Part shown: in pieces, positions 45,481 to 57,879 of the stretch | Position numbering within the stretch: the stretch's first letter is position 1 | How the letters are laid out: each line of letters opens with the position of its first letter | Translations under genes and position numbers: made by a program | Notes under the pieces: model-generated | Seen by the model: only the letters and a program-made list of their open reading frames with translations | Told to the model about the DNA's origin: nothing | Databases searched by the model: none | Source: Acidobacteriota bacterium | GTDB taxonomy: Bacteria > Acidobacteriota > Vicinamibacteria > Vicinamibacterales > UBA2999 | DNA length: 64,000 nucleotides | NCBI GenBank assembly: GCA_016192845.1 | Contig: JACPTI010000064.1 | Span: 9,601-73,600, forward strand | Direction: 5' to 3'

Positions 45481-48156
45481 TCAGTTCGCCGGCACCAGCC
45501 GCTTCAACTCCTCTGTCCAGTTCTGCACCACGACGAGGGATCGGAAGGACGTGGCGTCGTCGGTGGCCTGCGCGGTCTTGAGCATGAGGAAGCGGCGGCC
45601 ATCAGGCGATACGTCGTAGTGCCGCGCGGCGAACACCGAGCCATACGCACCTTTGAACACGACCTGCGGGGTGCCGGCGGAAAAGCCGGTTCCCAGCTGG
45701 ACGGGAACAGCGATCAGCGTCCCCGGCACCACGAAGTAGAACAGCTCGCGCCCGTTCCGCGACCAGACGGGACGTGTCCCGCCGTCTGTCGACACCTGCC
45801 ATCGGCCCGCGTCAACGTTGGGAAACGGGCGGACGTAAATCTCGTCCCGGCCCGACTCGTTGGACTGATAGGCGAGCCACCGGCCGTCGGGAGAGATCTC
45901 GCCGTTCACTTCGTTGTACGGAGCGCGAAGGATGAGCGCCGCCCGGCGCTCGCCCTCCAGCGTCACAACACCAAGGTCATATGGTGGTGCGTCCGGCTGA
46001 TTGAAGATCAGTCGCCTGCCATCCGGTGAGAACGAGTTGGGAACTTGAACGACCGGACCCTGGGTCAGGCGCTCTGGAGCGCCGGTGCCGTCGGACGCCT
46101 GCCAGTAGATCGTTTCACCGCCGTCACGCTCCGCCGTAAACGCCATGCGTCTCCCGTCCGGACTCCAGACAGGCCCCCGGTTGTTCCCCGGATCGAACGT
46201 CAGACGGGTCATCGTTTTGCGGATCAGATCCCAGAGCCAGATGTCGTTCTGCTCCCCGCGGACATCGAGGGCGATTCGGGTTCCGTCCGGCGACAGTCGC
46301 GCGTACGCATAGGGGCGCGGCGGCACGCCAATCGGTTCCTCGCGCCCCATCCGGTCCACCCAGACGGGTGAAAAGGCCAGTAGTGACCCGACGCGCCCGG
46401 GCAGGTACACCATCGTGCCGTTGGCCGCGACGGACACATCCACGGCCCCTGGGAGCGTGGTCGCGACCCCTTCGAGCACAGGGACCGGCGTGCCGACGAT
46501 TTGACGACTATCGAGGTCGAACGGCACGGCGCGCAGTGTGCCGCTCGCTCCATACACGAGGTGCCCCGTCGGTACATAGTGCGCGTGGTGGCCGCCGCGC
46601 ACGAGCACCTTGTACACGCCGGTTGCGATGTCGAGAACAGCGATCTGGGCGTTATCGAGCCCCCCGCGTGTTGGGGTGATGGTGAAGAGGACCGCCTGGC
46701 CGCCGGGCAGGAGCTCCGGCCACATGTGATCGCCCTCACCTCGCTCGCGGTCGGGTTTCGTGAGCACCATTGGTTCACCGCCCGCGGCGGAGACGCGCTG
46801 CAGGCCGGTCGTCAGAGCGCCGGTGGCAAAGATCACCGTGTCGTCGGGCAGCCAGGTCGCGCCGCGCGCGGCGCCATCCATCTGTGCAATCGTGACAGCG
46901 GGCCCGCCCGCGATGGCGACCTTCTTCAACGTCGACACCGTATCCACAAACCCGAGCCACTGGCCGTCTGGCGACACGAAGACATGCGGCTCGATCTGGT
47001 CGAGCGCACGCACCAGGAGCTGGTTGTCGCCGCGATAAATGATCCGCGACCCATCCGGCGTGATGGCCACGTCGCGGTCGGCCCCCTGAATGCTCAACGC
47101 CCTCTCCCCCGTCGTCACGATCTCGGTCCGCACCACGCGCGGCGGGGCCGGGCGCATCGTCCACCAGACCCCGGCGCCCGCGAGCAGCGCCGCGCCGACG
47201 GCAGCAGCTCCCGCCGGCGCAACCCGCCGCCACCCTGGCCTATTCGCCACAGCCGCGCGGCGTTCCGGCTCCGCCCTATCGGACGCTCCGGGTGCCGTGG
47301 CCTCATCGAGCACAAACAACAGCGTCGACGCGTCCGCCACGCGCTTCCTGACGTCGCGTTCCAGACACCGGCGCAGCAGCGCCAGCACAGAGGCAGGCGT
47401 ACTGGCGGAGAGCGCGCGCCAGTCGGGCTCTTTCGTGAGCACGAAGGCCAGCGTCTCGCTCAGGTCCTCGCCCTCGAACGCCCGCTTCCCCGTGAGCATC
47501 TCGCAGAGCACGCAGCCGAACGCCCAAATATCCGCGCGCTTGTCCACCGGCTTGCCGCGCGCCTGTTCAGGCGCCATGTACGCGGCGGTGCCCAGGATGA
47601 CGCCGGCCTGCGTGGCCGCCACGGTCAACGTCGGGGAGTTGGTGAGGACCGGGGTGCCCGCGGGACCTGCCTCGGCCGGTCCGAGTGCCTTCGCGAGTCC
47701 GAAGTCGAGCACCTTGACCTGTCCGCCTGCCGTCAACGCGATGTTGGCCGGTTTGAGGTCGCGGTGGACGATCCCCTTCTCGTGTGCGGCCTGCAGCGCG
47801 TCGGCAATCTGCCTCGCGATCGCCAGTGCCTCGGCGACGTGAATCGGGCCCGTCTTCAGCCGCTCGGCGAGCGTGTCGCCGTCCACCAGCTCCATCACGA
47901 GGAACTGCGAGGCGTCCGAGCCTTCCAGACCGTAGATCGCCGCGATGTGCGGATGGTTCAGCGCCGCGAGGAGCTGCGCCTCGCGCTCGAAGCGCGCAAT
48001 GCGCTCGGGATCGCTGACGACGCTGGCGGGGAGGACCTTGATGGCGACGTCACGCGCAAGCTTCGTGTCGCGAGCGCGATAGACCTCGCCCATACCGCCG
48101 GCACCAAGAGCGGCCTGAATCTCGTACACGCCGAGGCGCGTGCCGGGCGAGAGCAT
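45481..48156 (-). CDS. Ser/Thr kinase with TM and extracellular TolB/PD40 beta-propeller
   Basis: LGAGGMGEVY, VAIK, HRDLKPAN, DFG, GTAAYMAPE; repeated SPDG units. Confidence 0.95.
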   Translation of the reverse strand: MLSPGTRLGVYEIQAALGAGGMGEVYRARDTKLARDVAIKVLPASVVSDPERIARFEREAQLLAALNHPHIAAIYGLEGSDASQFLVMELVDGDTLAERLKTGPIHVAEALAIARQIADALQAAHEKGIVHRDLKPANIALTAGGQVKVLDFGLAKALGPAEAGPAGTPVLTNSPTLTVAATQAGVILGTAAYMAPEQARGKPVDKRADIWAFGCVLCEMLTGKRAFEGEDLSETLAFVLTKEPDWRALSASTPASVLALLRRCLERDVRKRVADASTLLFVLDEATAPGASDRAEPERRAAVANRPGWRRVAPAGAAAVGAALLAGAGVWWTMRPAPPRVVRTEIVTTGERALSIQGADRDVAITPDGSRIIYRGDNQLLVRALDQIEPHVFVSPDGQWLGFVDTVSTLKKVAIAGGPAVTIAQMDGAARGATWLPDDTVIFATGALTTGLQRVSAAGGEPMVLTKPDRERGEGDHMWPELLPGGQAVLFTITPTRGGLDNAQIAVLDIATGVYKVLVRGGHHAHYVPTGHLVYGASGTLRAVPFDLDSRQIVGTPVPVLEGVATTLPGAVDVSVAANGTMVYLPGRVGSLLAFSPVWVDRMGREEPIGVPPRPYAYARLSPDGTRIALDVRGEQNDIWLWDLIRKTMTRLTFDPGNNRGPVWSPDGRRMAFTAERDGGETIYWQASDGTGAPERLTQGPVVQVPNSFSPDGRRLIFNQPDAPPYDLGVVTLEGERRAALILRAPYNEVNGEISPDGRWLAYQSNESGRDEIYVRPFPNVDAGRWQVSTDGGTRPVWSRNGRELFYFVVPGTLIAVPVQLGTGFSAGTPQVVFKGAYGSVFAARHYDVSPDGRRFLMLKTAQATDDATSFRSLVVVQNWTEELKRLVPAN

Positions 48157-48191
48157 GATGAGGCGAGTCGGCCGAATTATACGGTGTCGGC

Positions 48192-48270
48192 ACCGAACCC
48201 GGAACCAAGAAGATTGAAGGAGAACCGAACCTCGAACACGAACCGAGAAGCGAATGCAGAAGCGCGAACG
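48192..48270. repeat. GAACC-rich repeat arm upstream of the kinase gene
   Basis: Inverted relative to 45410-45480; same family as 57700-57862. Confidence 0.65.
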
Positions 48271-48271
48271 A

Positions 48272-50017
48272 CTAGATCCGCTGGAAGTTTTTCTCGACTT
48301 CCCTGCGCGTGATCCGCAGCATCACCGGCCGGCCGTGGGGACAGATGGTCGAGTACGCGGTTTGCCGGAGCTCTTCGAGGATGTGCGCCATCTTCTCGGC
48401 GGTGAGCGGATAGTTCGCCTTCACCGCCGCGTGGCACGCCATTGTCGCCGCGAGGCGCCGGAGCGCCTCCTCCACCCGCGCACCGCGATCGAGCCCTTCG
48501 AGGTCTTCGCCGAGCGCGCGAATCGCCGTCTCGCAGTCCTCGCGCCGCAGCAGCGCCGGAACCGCCGCCACACGGACCGCGCCGCCGCCAAACTCCTCCA
48601 GCTCGAATCCGAGGCGCTCGAGCTCGGCGGCGTGCACGGCGAGCCCCTGGCGCACGCCGGGCGACAGCTCGATGAGCATCGGCTCGAGCAGGCGCTGGCT
48701 CTCGAGCCGGCCGACGGTCAACCGCTGCAGAATCCGCTCGAACAGCACGCGCTCGTGCGCAACGTGCTGATCGATGATCGCAATTCCTTCCTCATCCACC
48801 GCGATGATGAATGTGTCGCGAAATTGCCCGAGAGCGATCATCGGCCGGATCGTCGGACTGGCGACCTCGGTCCGGCTAAAGCCGGACACTGCGTCTGATG
48901 GTGCCACCCCACCCGCCCCACCCGCCCCAGTCGTCCATCGGCTCGGGTACGTCGCGGCGTAGCCAGCCGGCAGCGGGAGCGTGGCCGCAGCCGGCTCCCC
49001 CGGGCGCGAGGCCTCGAGCTGCAGCTCCGGCGCCGCGCCGCGGCCGAGCGCGTCTGCAAGGGTTCTGCGGATCACCTCGTGCACGTAGGACTGATCCCGG
49101 AACCGTACTTCCGCCTTCGTCGGGTGGACGTTGACGTCGACCGCCGTGTACGGCATCGACAGAAAGAGGTGGACCTCGGGGCTGCGCTCCTTGATGGACG
49201 CCACGCTGTACGCGTCGATGATCGCGTGCGCAATCGTCCGATCGCGCACGATCCGGCGGTTCACGAACACGTTCTGTGGCCCGCGCGTCGGTCCCTGCTC
49301 GGCCAGCGCCGCGACGAACCCGACCACCTTCACGTCGCCCGTGTCGCGGTGCACTTCGATCAGATCCGTCCGTTCGCCGTAGAGCTGGTACAGCCGGTCG
49401 CGCAACCCGACGACCGGCGGGCACTCCAGCAGCCTGCGGCCGGCGCTGGTCAGCGTGAACCCGATCTCCGGGTAGCACAGCGCGATCTGCGTGACGATGC
49501 GCGAAACCTGCGCCGCTTCGGCGGCGTCGGACTTCAGGAACTTCCGGCGCGCGGGCAGATTGTAGAAGAGGTCGGTCACCTCGACCGACGTGCCTTCGGG
49601 CATGCCGACTTCCGCGACCGAGGCGACCGCGCCGCCGTTGACCCGAATCTCGGTGCCCGACCCGCTCCCGCGCGCCCGGCTGCGCAGGACGACATGCGAC
49701 ACGGACGCGACGGCCGGCAGCGCCTCGCCGCGGAACCCGAGCGTGGCAATCGCGTCCAGGTCGTCGGCCCGGCGGATTTTGCTCGTGGCATGCCGCTCCA
49801 CCGCCAGCCGCACGTCCTCCGCCACCATCCCTTCGCCGTCGTCATCGACGCGAATCAGCTTCTTGCCGCCGATCTCGACGGCGACGGCGATCCGCCGCGC
49901 GCCCGCATCGATGGCGTTCTCGACCAGCTCCTTGACGACCGACGCCGGCCGCTCCACCACTTCGCCGGCAGCAATCTGGTTGGCGAGGTCGCCCGGCAGG
50001 ACGTGGATCCTCGCCAT
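48272..50017 (-). CDS. mutL: DNA mismatch repair protein MutL
   Basis: NQIAAGEVVERPASVVKELVENAIDA, GFRGEAL, DQHVAHERVLFE, ACHAAVKAN, CPHGRP. Confidence 0.98.
   Translation of the reverse strand: MARIHVLPGDLANQIAAGEVVERPASVVKELVENAIDAGARRIAVAVEIGGKKLIRVDDDGEGMVAEDVRLAVERHATSKIRRADDLDAIATLGFRGEALPAVASVSHVVLRSRARGSGSGTEIRVNGGAVASVAEVGMPEGTSVEVTDLFYNLPARRKFLKSDAAEAAQVSRIVTQIALCYPEIGFTLTSAGRRLLECPPVVGLRDRLYQLYGERTDLIEVHRDTGDVKVVGFVAALAEQGPTRGPQNVFVNRRIVRDRTIAHAIIDAYSVASIKERSPEVHLFLSMPYTAVDVNVHPTKAEVRFRDQSYVHEVIRRTLADALGRGAAPELQLEASRPGEPAAATLPLPAGYAATYPSRWTTGAGGAGGVAPSDAVSGFSRTEVASPTIRPMIALGQFRDTFIIAVDEEGIAIIDQHVAHERVLFERILQRLTVGRLESQRLLEPMLIELSPGVRQGLAVHAAELERLGFELEEFGGGAVRVAAVPALLRREDCETAIRALGEDLEGLDRGARVEEALRRLAATMACHAAVKANYPLTAEKMAHILEELRQTAYSTICPHGRPVMLRITRREVEKNFQRI
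48869..48893 (-). repeat. GTAG-family REP read in frame inside the mutL linker
   Basis: GGTCCGGCTAAAGCCGGACACTGCG, 24/25 identical to the reverse complement of 57391-57415; encodes AVSGFSRT. Confidence 0.85.
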
Positions 50018-50019
50018 CC

Positions 50020-50985
50020 TCAGATCCACCGGTTCCAGCGGAACACGGCCAGCATCCCGACGGCGATCGCGGCCATCACGGCCGCCACCCACCAGAACTG
50101 CGCGCCTTCGCCGCCCGGAAACGTCGGCAGCGGAATGTTCATCCCCCACATGCCGGTCAGCACGGTGAGCGGCAGGAAGATGGTCGAGATGACGGTCAGC
50201 ACCTTGACGATCACGTTCAGCCGGTTCGAGACGGCGGACAGGTGCGCCTCGAGGATGCTCGTCACGCGATCTTGAAACAGGATTGCCTCGTCCGACAGCC
50301 GGACGAAGTGGTCATAGACGTCCCGGAAGCGATAGGCGATCTCGTCGTTGATCTGCGGAAACTCCCGCCGGGCCAGTCGGCCGACGGCGTCGCGCTGCGG
50401 CAGGACCACGCGGCGGAGCGAGGCGAGGTCGCGCTTGAGGACCAGAATCTGCCGAATGAGGTTCGGACGACGGCCGAGGATCGCGGTCTCCTCGAGCTCG
50501 TCGATCTGGTCCTCGAGGGCGTCGACCTCGGGCCGGTAGTTCTCCACCATCGTGTCGACGATGCGGTGCAGCAGCGCCGCCGGCCCCTCGGCCAGCACGT
50601 GCTCGTGACGGTCGCAGACCTCCCGCCACCTGGCGATGCTGCGCGACCGACCGTCGTGCACCGTCACCAGGTAGTTGCGGCCGAGGAAGAAGTCGATGTC
50701 GCGCGTGGCGAACCCCTTGCGGCGCCCTTCGAAATCGATCCCGTGCAGGATGACATACAGGTACCCGGGATACGGCTCGATTTTCGGATGATGGATGGCG
50801 CTCAGCGCGTCTTCCACCGACAGGGGGTGAAAACGAAAGACGTCGCTCAGCAGGCGCCCCTCGTTTGGGCCGGGCGCCGCCAGATCCACCCACAGGGTCA
50901 CGTCGGTGCTCGGTTCCAGCCACGCGGGGTCGATATGCGGAACGCTGGTCGTCTCGCCGTTCCGATGGACGTAGATGCTGATCAC
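50020..50985 (-). CDS. corA: CorA-family Mg2+/Co2+ transporter
   Basis: FHPLSVED, HPKIE, S.RLN...KVLT...IFLP.T...G.WGMN. Confidence 0.95.
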   Translation of the reverse strand: MISIYVHRNGETTSVPHIDPAWLEPSTDVTLWVDLAAPGPNEGRLLSDVFRFHPLSVEDALSAIHHPKIEPYPGYLYVILHGIDFEGRRKGFATRDIDFFLGRNYLVTVHDGRSRSIARWREVCDRHEHVLAEGPAALLHRIVDTMVENYRPEVDALEDQIDELEETAILGRRPNLIRQILVLKRDLASLRRVVLPQRDAVGRLARREFPQINDEIAYRFRDVYDHFVRLSDEAILFQDRVTSILEAHLSAVSNRLNVIVKVLTVISTIFLPLTVLTGMWGMNIPLPTFPGGEGAQFWWVAAVMAAIAVGMLAVFRWNRWI

Positions 50986-50998
50986 TTGTCGTGCAGCG

Positions 50999-53746
<2,748 letters not shown>

Positions 53747-53749
53747 GCC

Positions 53750-55981
53750 TCAACCCTCCGTCGCCATCTCGGACAAGTCCGCAATTTCCAGAATCAGATC
53801 GCGAAGCGTCGCGACGAGCGCCAGCCGCGCCCGCCGGACCTTCTGATCTTCAGCCATCACAAGCACGTCGTCGAAAAACTGCGCCACCGCGGCTCTGAGA
53901 GACGCGATGTGTTGAAATGCCTGAAGATAATCCCCCTTCGACGTTGCTGCACTGATGACCGGTGCCGCTTCTTCCAACGTTCGCCGCAGGAGCACCTCAG
54001 CAGGCTCTTTGAGCAGCGGACGAGCGCCTTCTGGAAGCACCGCCCCGCTCGGCGGTACGTCCTTCGAAATGTTCTTGACGCGCTTGAAGAGCGCGGCGAC
54101 GGCGCGCAGCGATTCCGAACCGCTCATCTGGGCCAGCGCTTCGAGCTTCAGCCGCGCCTCGAGCGGGCTCACCTGCTCGATGTCCCCGTGCAGAACCGCC
54201 CGGACGTTGCGCACGTCATAGCCGCGCTGCTCGAGGAGATACGTCAGCCGGTCGGCCATGAACGACAACAGGGGTGCGCGATCGGCCGCGCCAAACGGCT
54301 CGCCGGCGCGTGCCAGCAGGGCACCGATGCGCAGCCGGGCCGTGAGCCCGGTGACCTCCGGCAGGTCGGTCAGCACCTTGACGGCGCCCTGGGCCTGGCG
54401 CCGCAGCCCGAGCGGATCGCGCGACCCCGTGGGGCGTTCGCCCGCCGTAAACATGCCGACGACCGAATCGAGCTTGTCGGCCAGCGACAGGGCCGCCCAG
54501 GTGATTGCGGCCTCGCCGAGCTGCTGCCGCGTGGGCGGGGCGTCGGCCTCGACGCCAATCGGCAGGTAGTGGAAGTAGATCGCCTTCCAGATCTGCTCCG
54601 GCAGCCCCTCCTCACGCGCGTAGATCCCGCCCATCGTGCCCTGCAGCTCCGTCAGCTCCCGCACCATCTCGGTGGCGAGGTCGGCCTTCGAGAGGCGCCC
54701 GGCGCGCGCGGCCTGCTCGGCGACCGCATCCGGCTGTCCGAGGGCTTCCTTCGCGATCCACCTCGCCAGCGAGGAGACGCGGTCCGCCTTCTCGCGGTAG
54801 CTGCCGAGCTTGCCGTGGAACAGGATGGTCGACAGCCGATCGATGCGCGATTCGAGCGTCGCCTTGCGGTCTTCGTCCCAGAAGAACCGCGCGTCACGGA
54901 GCCGCGCGGCGAGCACCCGCTCCGCGTTGCGCGCGATGATCTCCGGCCGCTCGGGCTGCACGTTGATGACCGCCAGGAAAGCCGACTTCAGCTTCCCTTC
55001 CTCGTCGACCACCGGAAAGAAGTGCTGGTGATGGATCATCGTCGTCGTCAGCACCTCGTCCGGCAGCTGCAGGTACTCGGGCGGAAAATGGCCCGCAACG
55101 ACCGACGGGTATTCCACGAGATCCGGCACTTCCTGGAGCAGCGACGAATGCGCCGCCGCGAGGAGGCCTCCAGCCTTGAGCGACGTCGACAGGCCGACCC
55201 GTCCGCCGAGCCTGCGGGCGTGCGCCTCGAGCTCGCGCCGGATGCGCGACTCCCGCTCGTTCCGGTCGAGGATCACGAAGTTTTCCAGCAGCCGCGCCTG
55301 GTAGTCATCGAACGTCTTGATCTTGATTGCCCGTCCCGCCCGGCCGCTCGTCGTCTGAAATCGATGACCGTAGGTCTGCGAGCCCGAGCGGATCTCCTGC
55401 ACGTTGGGGCCTTCGGCCAGCTCGGTGCGGCGGATGACGAACGGGACGACGCGTCCGCCGTACATGAGCACCAGCCAGCGGATGGGGCGCGCAAAGAGCA
55501 GCTCCCCCTTGCCGTCGTCGAGGAAGGCATCCCACCGCATCGGCCTGGGAAACGTCAGGTCGCGCAGCAGCGCCGTCATCACGTCGGCCAGCACGTCGAC
55601 GGTGGCCTTGCCGCGCTGCCGCACCCGGTGGGCGAGGTACGTGCCCTTCGGCGTGTGGTGCTTTTCGAGCGCGGTGACCTCGACGCCGTACTTCCTGGCG
55701 AATCCGAGCGCCGCCGGCGTCGGCGTCCCGTCCGCCGCGTACGCGGCGCTGACGGGCGGCCCGGTCACCAGCTCCTCCAGATCCGTCTGCCGTTCGGCCA
55801 GCCTGGCGACGCGCACGGTCAGGCGCCGGGGCGTGCTGTAGCTTTCGGCGGGCGCTGCCGTCGTAAGGCGGAATTCCCGCAGGCGCACGTCGAGCTGGCG
55901 CGCCAGCTGCGCCGTGAGCGCCGGCAGCCAGCCGGCGGGAATCTCCTCGCACCCGATCTCGATGAGCAGCTCGCGGTCCAT
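53750..55981 (-). CDS. glyS: Glycine-tRNA ligase beta subunit
   Basis: LLIEIGCEEIP, TPRRL, VEYP, ARL.DA.FF, KADL.T.MV.E..ELQG.MG, GS.DP.GLRR. Confidence 0.97.
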   Translation of the reverse strand: MDRELLIEIGCEEIPAGWLPALTAQLARQLDVRLREFRLTTAAPAESYSTPRRLTVRVARLAERQTDLEELVTGPPVSAAYAADGTPTPAALGFARKYGVEVTALEKHHTPKGTYLAHRVRQRGKATVDVLADVMTALLRDLTFPRPMRWDAFLDDGKGELLFARPIRWLVLMYGGRVVPFVIRRTELAEGPNVQEIRSGSQTYGHRFQTTSGRAGRAIKIKTFDDYQARLLENFVILDRNERESRIRRELEAHARRLGGRVGLSTSLKAGGLLAAAHSSLLQEVPDLVEYPSVVAGHFPPEYLQLPDEVLTTTMIHHQHFFPVVDEEGKLKSAFLAVINVQPERPEIIARNAERVLAARLRDARFFWDEDRKATLESRIDRLSTILFHGKLGSYREKADRVSSLARWIAKEALGQPDAVAEQAARAGRLSKADLATEMVRELTELQGTMGGIYAREEGLPEQIWKAIYFHYLPIGVEADAPPTRQQLGEAAITWAALSLADKLDSVVGMFTAGERPTGSRDPLGLRRQAQGAVKVLTDLPEVTGLTARLRIGALLARAGEPFGAADRAPLLSFMADRLTYLLEQRGYDVRNVRAVLHGDIEQVSPLEARLKLEALAQMSGSESLRAVAALFKRVKNISKDVPPSGAVLPEGARPLLKEPAEVLLRRTLEEAAPVISAATSKGDYLQAFQHIASLRAAVAQFFDDVLVMAEDQKVRRARLALVATLRDLILEIADLSEMATEG

Positions 55982-55985
55982 CGCG

Positions 55986-56870
55986 TCAGCTCTCGGCCGC
56001 TTTCACGGCCTCGGACTCGCCGACGTAGGCCTTCGCAATGCGCACGGCGAGCTGGCGGACGCGGAGGATGTAGGCGGTGCGCTCGGTCACGCCGATGCTG
56101 CCGCTCGAATCGAGCAGGTTGAACAGATGGGAGCACTTCAAACAGTGTTCGAGCGCCGGCCAAATCAGACCGGAGCTCAGCAAGTGTTCGGACAATTCGT
56201 AATTCTCGTCGAACAGCGCGCGGTGAACCATCGCGAACGGCTGTTCGGGCGGCATGGTGACTTGGCCGAACGCATACTTTGACTGCTCGATTTCCTCCTG
56301 CAGCCGCACCTCACCGTACTTCACACCGCCGCCCCACTCGAGGTCGAACACGTTGTCGACGCGCTGCAGGAACATCGCGATGCGCTCGAGGCCGTAGGTG
56401 ATCTCGCACGAAATCGGCGACAGATCGAGGCCGCCCACCTGCTGGAAGTATGTGAACTGTGTGATCTCGAGCCCGTCGAGCATGACCTGCCAGCCGATGC
56501 CCCACGCGCCGAGCGTCGGCGACTCCCAGTTGTCCTCCTCGAACCGGATGTCGTGCTGCCGCGGGTTGATGCCGCACGCCTCGAGGCTCTCCAGGTAGAT
56601 CCGCTGCACTTCGTCCGGCGACGGCTTGAGGATCACCTGGTACTGGTGGTGCTTGAACAGGCGGTTCGGGTTCTGGCCGAAGCGCCCGTCATCGGGCCGC
56701 CGCGACGGCTGCACGTAGGCGACGCTCCACGGCTTGGGCCCGAGCACCCGGAACAGCGTCTCCGGGTGCGACGTGCCGGCACCGACCTCGAGGTCGAGCG
56801 GCTGCTGCAGCAGGCACCCGTGCGAGGCCCAGAAGGCGGAGAGCTTGAGAATCAGGTCCTGGAATGTCAC
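55986..56870 (-). CDS. glyQ: Glycine-tRNA ligase alpha subunit
   Basis: [52 protein letters not shown]. Confidence 0.98.
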   Translation of the reverse strand: MTFQDLILKLSAFWASHGCLLQQPLDLEVGAGTSHPETLFRVLGPKPWSVAYVQPSRRPDDGRFGQNPNRLFKHHQYQVILKPSPDEVQRIYLESLEACGINPRQHDIRFEEDNWESPTLGAWGIGWQVMLDGLEITQFTYFQQVGGLDLSPISCEITYGLERIAMFLQRVDNVFDLEWGGGVKYGEVRLQEEIEQSKYAFGQVTMPPEQPFAMVHRALFDENYELSEHLLSSGLIWPALEHCLKCSHLFNLLDSSGSIGVTERTAYILRVRQLAVRIAKAYVGESEAVKAAES

Positions 56871-56873
56871 GCT

Positions 56874-56950
56874 GCCACGGGCCACCGAGGCGCAGAGACA
56901 CCGAGGACGGCACATTCAAACCTGTCTCCGTGTCTCTGTGTCTCTGTGGC
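56874..56950. repeat. CACAGAGA-type repeats in inverted arms
   Basis: CCACCGAGGCGCAGAGACACCGAG versus CTCCGTGTCTCTGTGTCTCTGTGG. Confidence 0.75.
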
Positions 56951-56968
56951 CTGTCTCATGTGAAGAAT

Positions 56969-57670
56969 CTAGCCGCGCCGGCGCAGCTCGCGCAGCACAC
57001 GGTCGGATTTCAACGTCTTCTCGAGGTGCATGGCAATGAGCCCCCGGTGGAGCTGCTCGAGCTCGCGGAGCACGGCAGGTCCGGCCGGGACGTCGCCGAT
57101 GCGGTCCGGCGCCGCCGTGCGCGAGGCGGTCAGAAACGCCATGGCGCCCGACGACAGCGTGCCCTGCGCCTCCGGGTAGACGCCCTGCAACCGCAGCAGC
57201 CAGTACTCGAAATAGCGCGCCAGCGGCTCGACCGGCGCGCCCGCCGCGAGCGCGCCCAACATCGACGCGCCGAGGCGGTAGAGCCGCTCGTCGGCGTCGG
57301 CCTCCTGCGCCCATTCGTCGAGCAGTTCCGCAAAGTACCCCACGTACCCGAGCGCGTCACGGTCCCGTGCGCCGACGTCTGCCTCGCGTACGTAGTGTCC
57401 GGCTTTAGCCGGACCCGTAAGCGCCAGCGGCGACCGGATTGGCTCGGCGAAATTGAGCCCCACCAGCTCGCGCCGCTCCTTCTCGAAGTACGCGACGCGC
57501 GCCTCCGTGAGCGGCTCGAGCGCGCCGAGGAAGCGCGACCGCGCGCGGCGCGCCCCCTTGGCGACGCCCCGCTTCTTGCCGCGATCGCGCGTCAGGAACA
57601 CGACGATGCGATCGGCCTCACCGAGCTTGTAGGTGCGGAGAATCAGCGCGTCGGCTGTGTACAGGGGCAC
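56969..57670 (-). CDS. recO: DNA repair protein RecO
   Basis: ALILRTYKLGEADRIVVFLTRD.GK..GVAKGARR, FEYWLL...G; between era/mgtE and glyQ. Confidence 0.93.
   Translation of the reverse strand: MPLYTADALILRTYKLGEADRIVVFLTRDRGKKRGVAKGARRARSRFLGALEPLTEARVAYFEKERRELVGLNFAEPIRSPLALTGPAKAGHYVREADVGARDRDALGYVGYFAELLDEWAQEADADERLYRLGASMLGALAAGAPVEPLARYFEYWLLRLQGVYPEAQGTLSSGAMAFLTASRTAAPDRIGDVPAGPAVLRELEQLHRGLIAMHLEKTLKSDRVLRELRRRG
57387..57415 (+). repeat. GTAG-family REP read in frame (antisense) inside recO
   Basis: CGTACGTAGTGTCCGGCTTTAGCCGGACC; encodes GPAKAGHYV in RecO. Confidence 0.85.
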
Positions 57671-57699
57671 AGAAATATGCCTATTTTACTGTCGTTCAC

Positions 57700-57862
57700 G
57701 CTTCTCTGTTCTCGGTGCTCGGTTCGTGTTCACGTTCCGTTCGAGGTTCTGGGTTCTGGGGTCGCCTTCACGTTCGCGGTTACGGTGCCTGCGAACGCGG
57801 AACAGCGAACGCTGGATCCTGAACCGAACGCGAACACGAACTGAGAAGTGGGAAGCCGAGAA
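57700..57862. repeat. GTTC/GAAC short-repeat inverted arms
   Basis: GGTTC-rich left arm and GAAC-rich right arm between recO and mgtE. Confidence 0.75.
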
Positions 57863-57879
57863 GGATGAACGACATGTCA

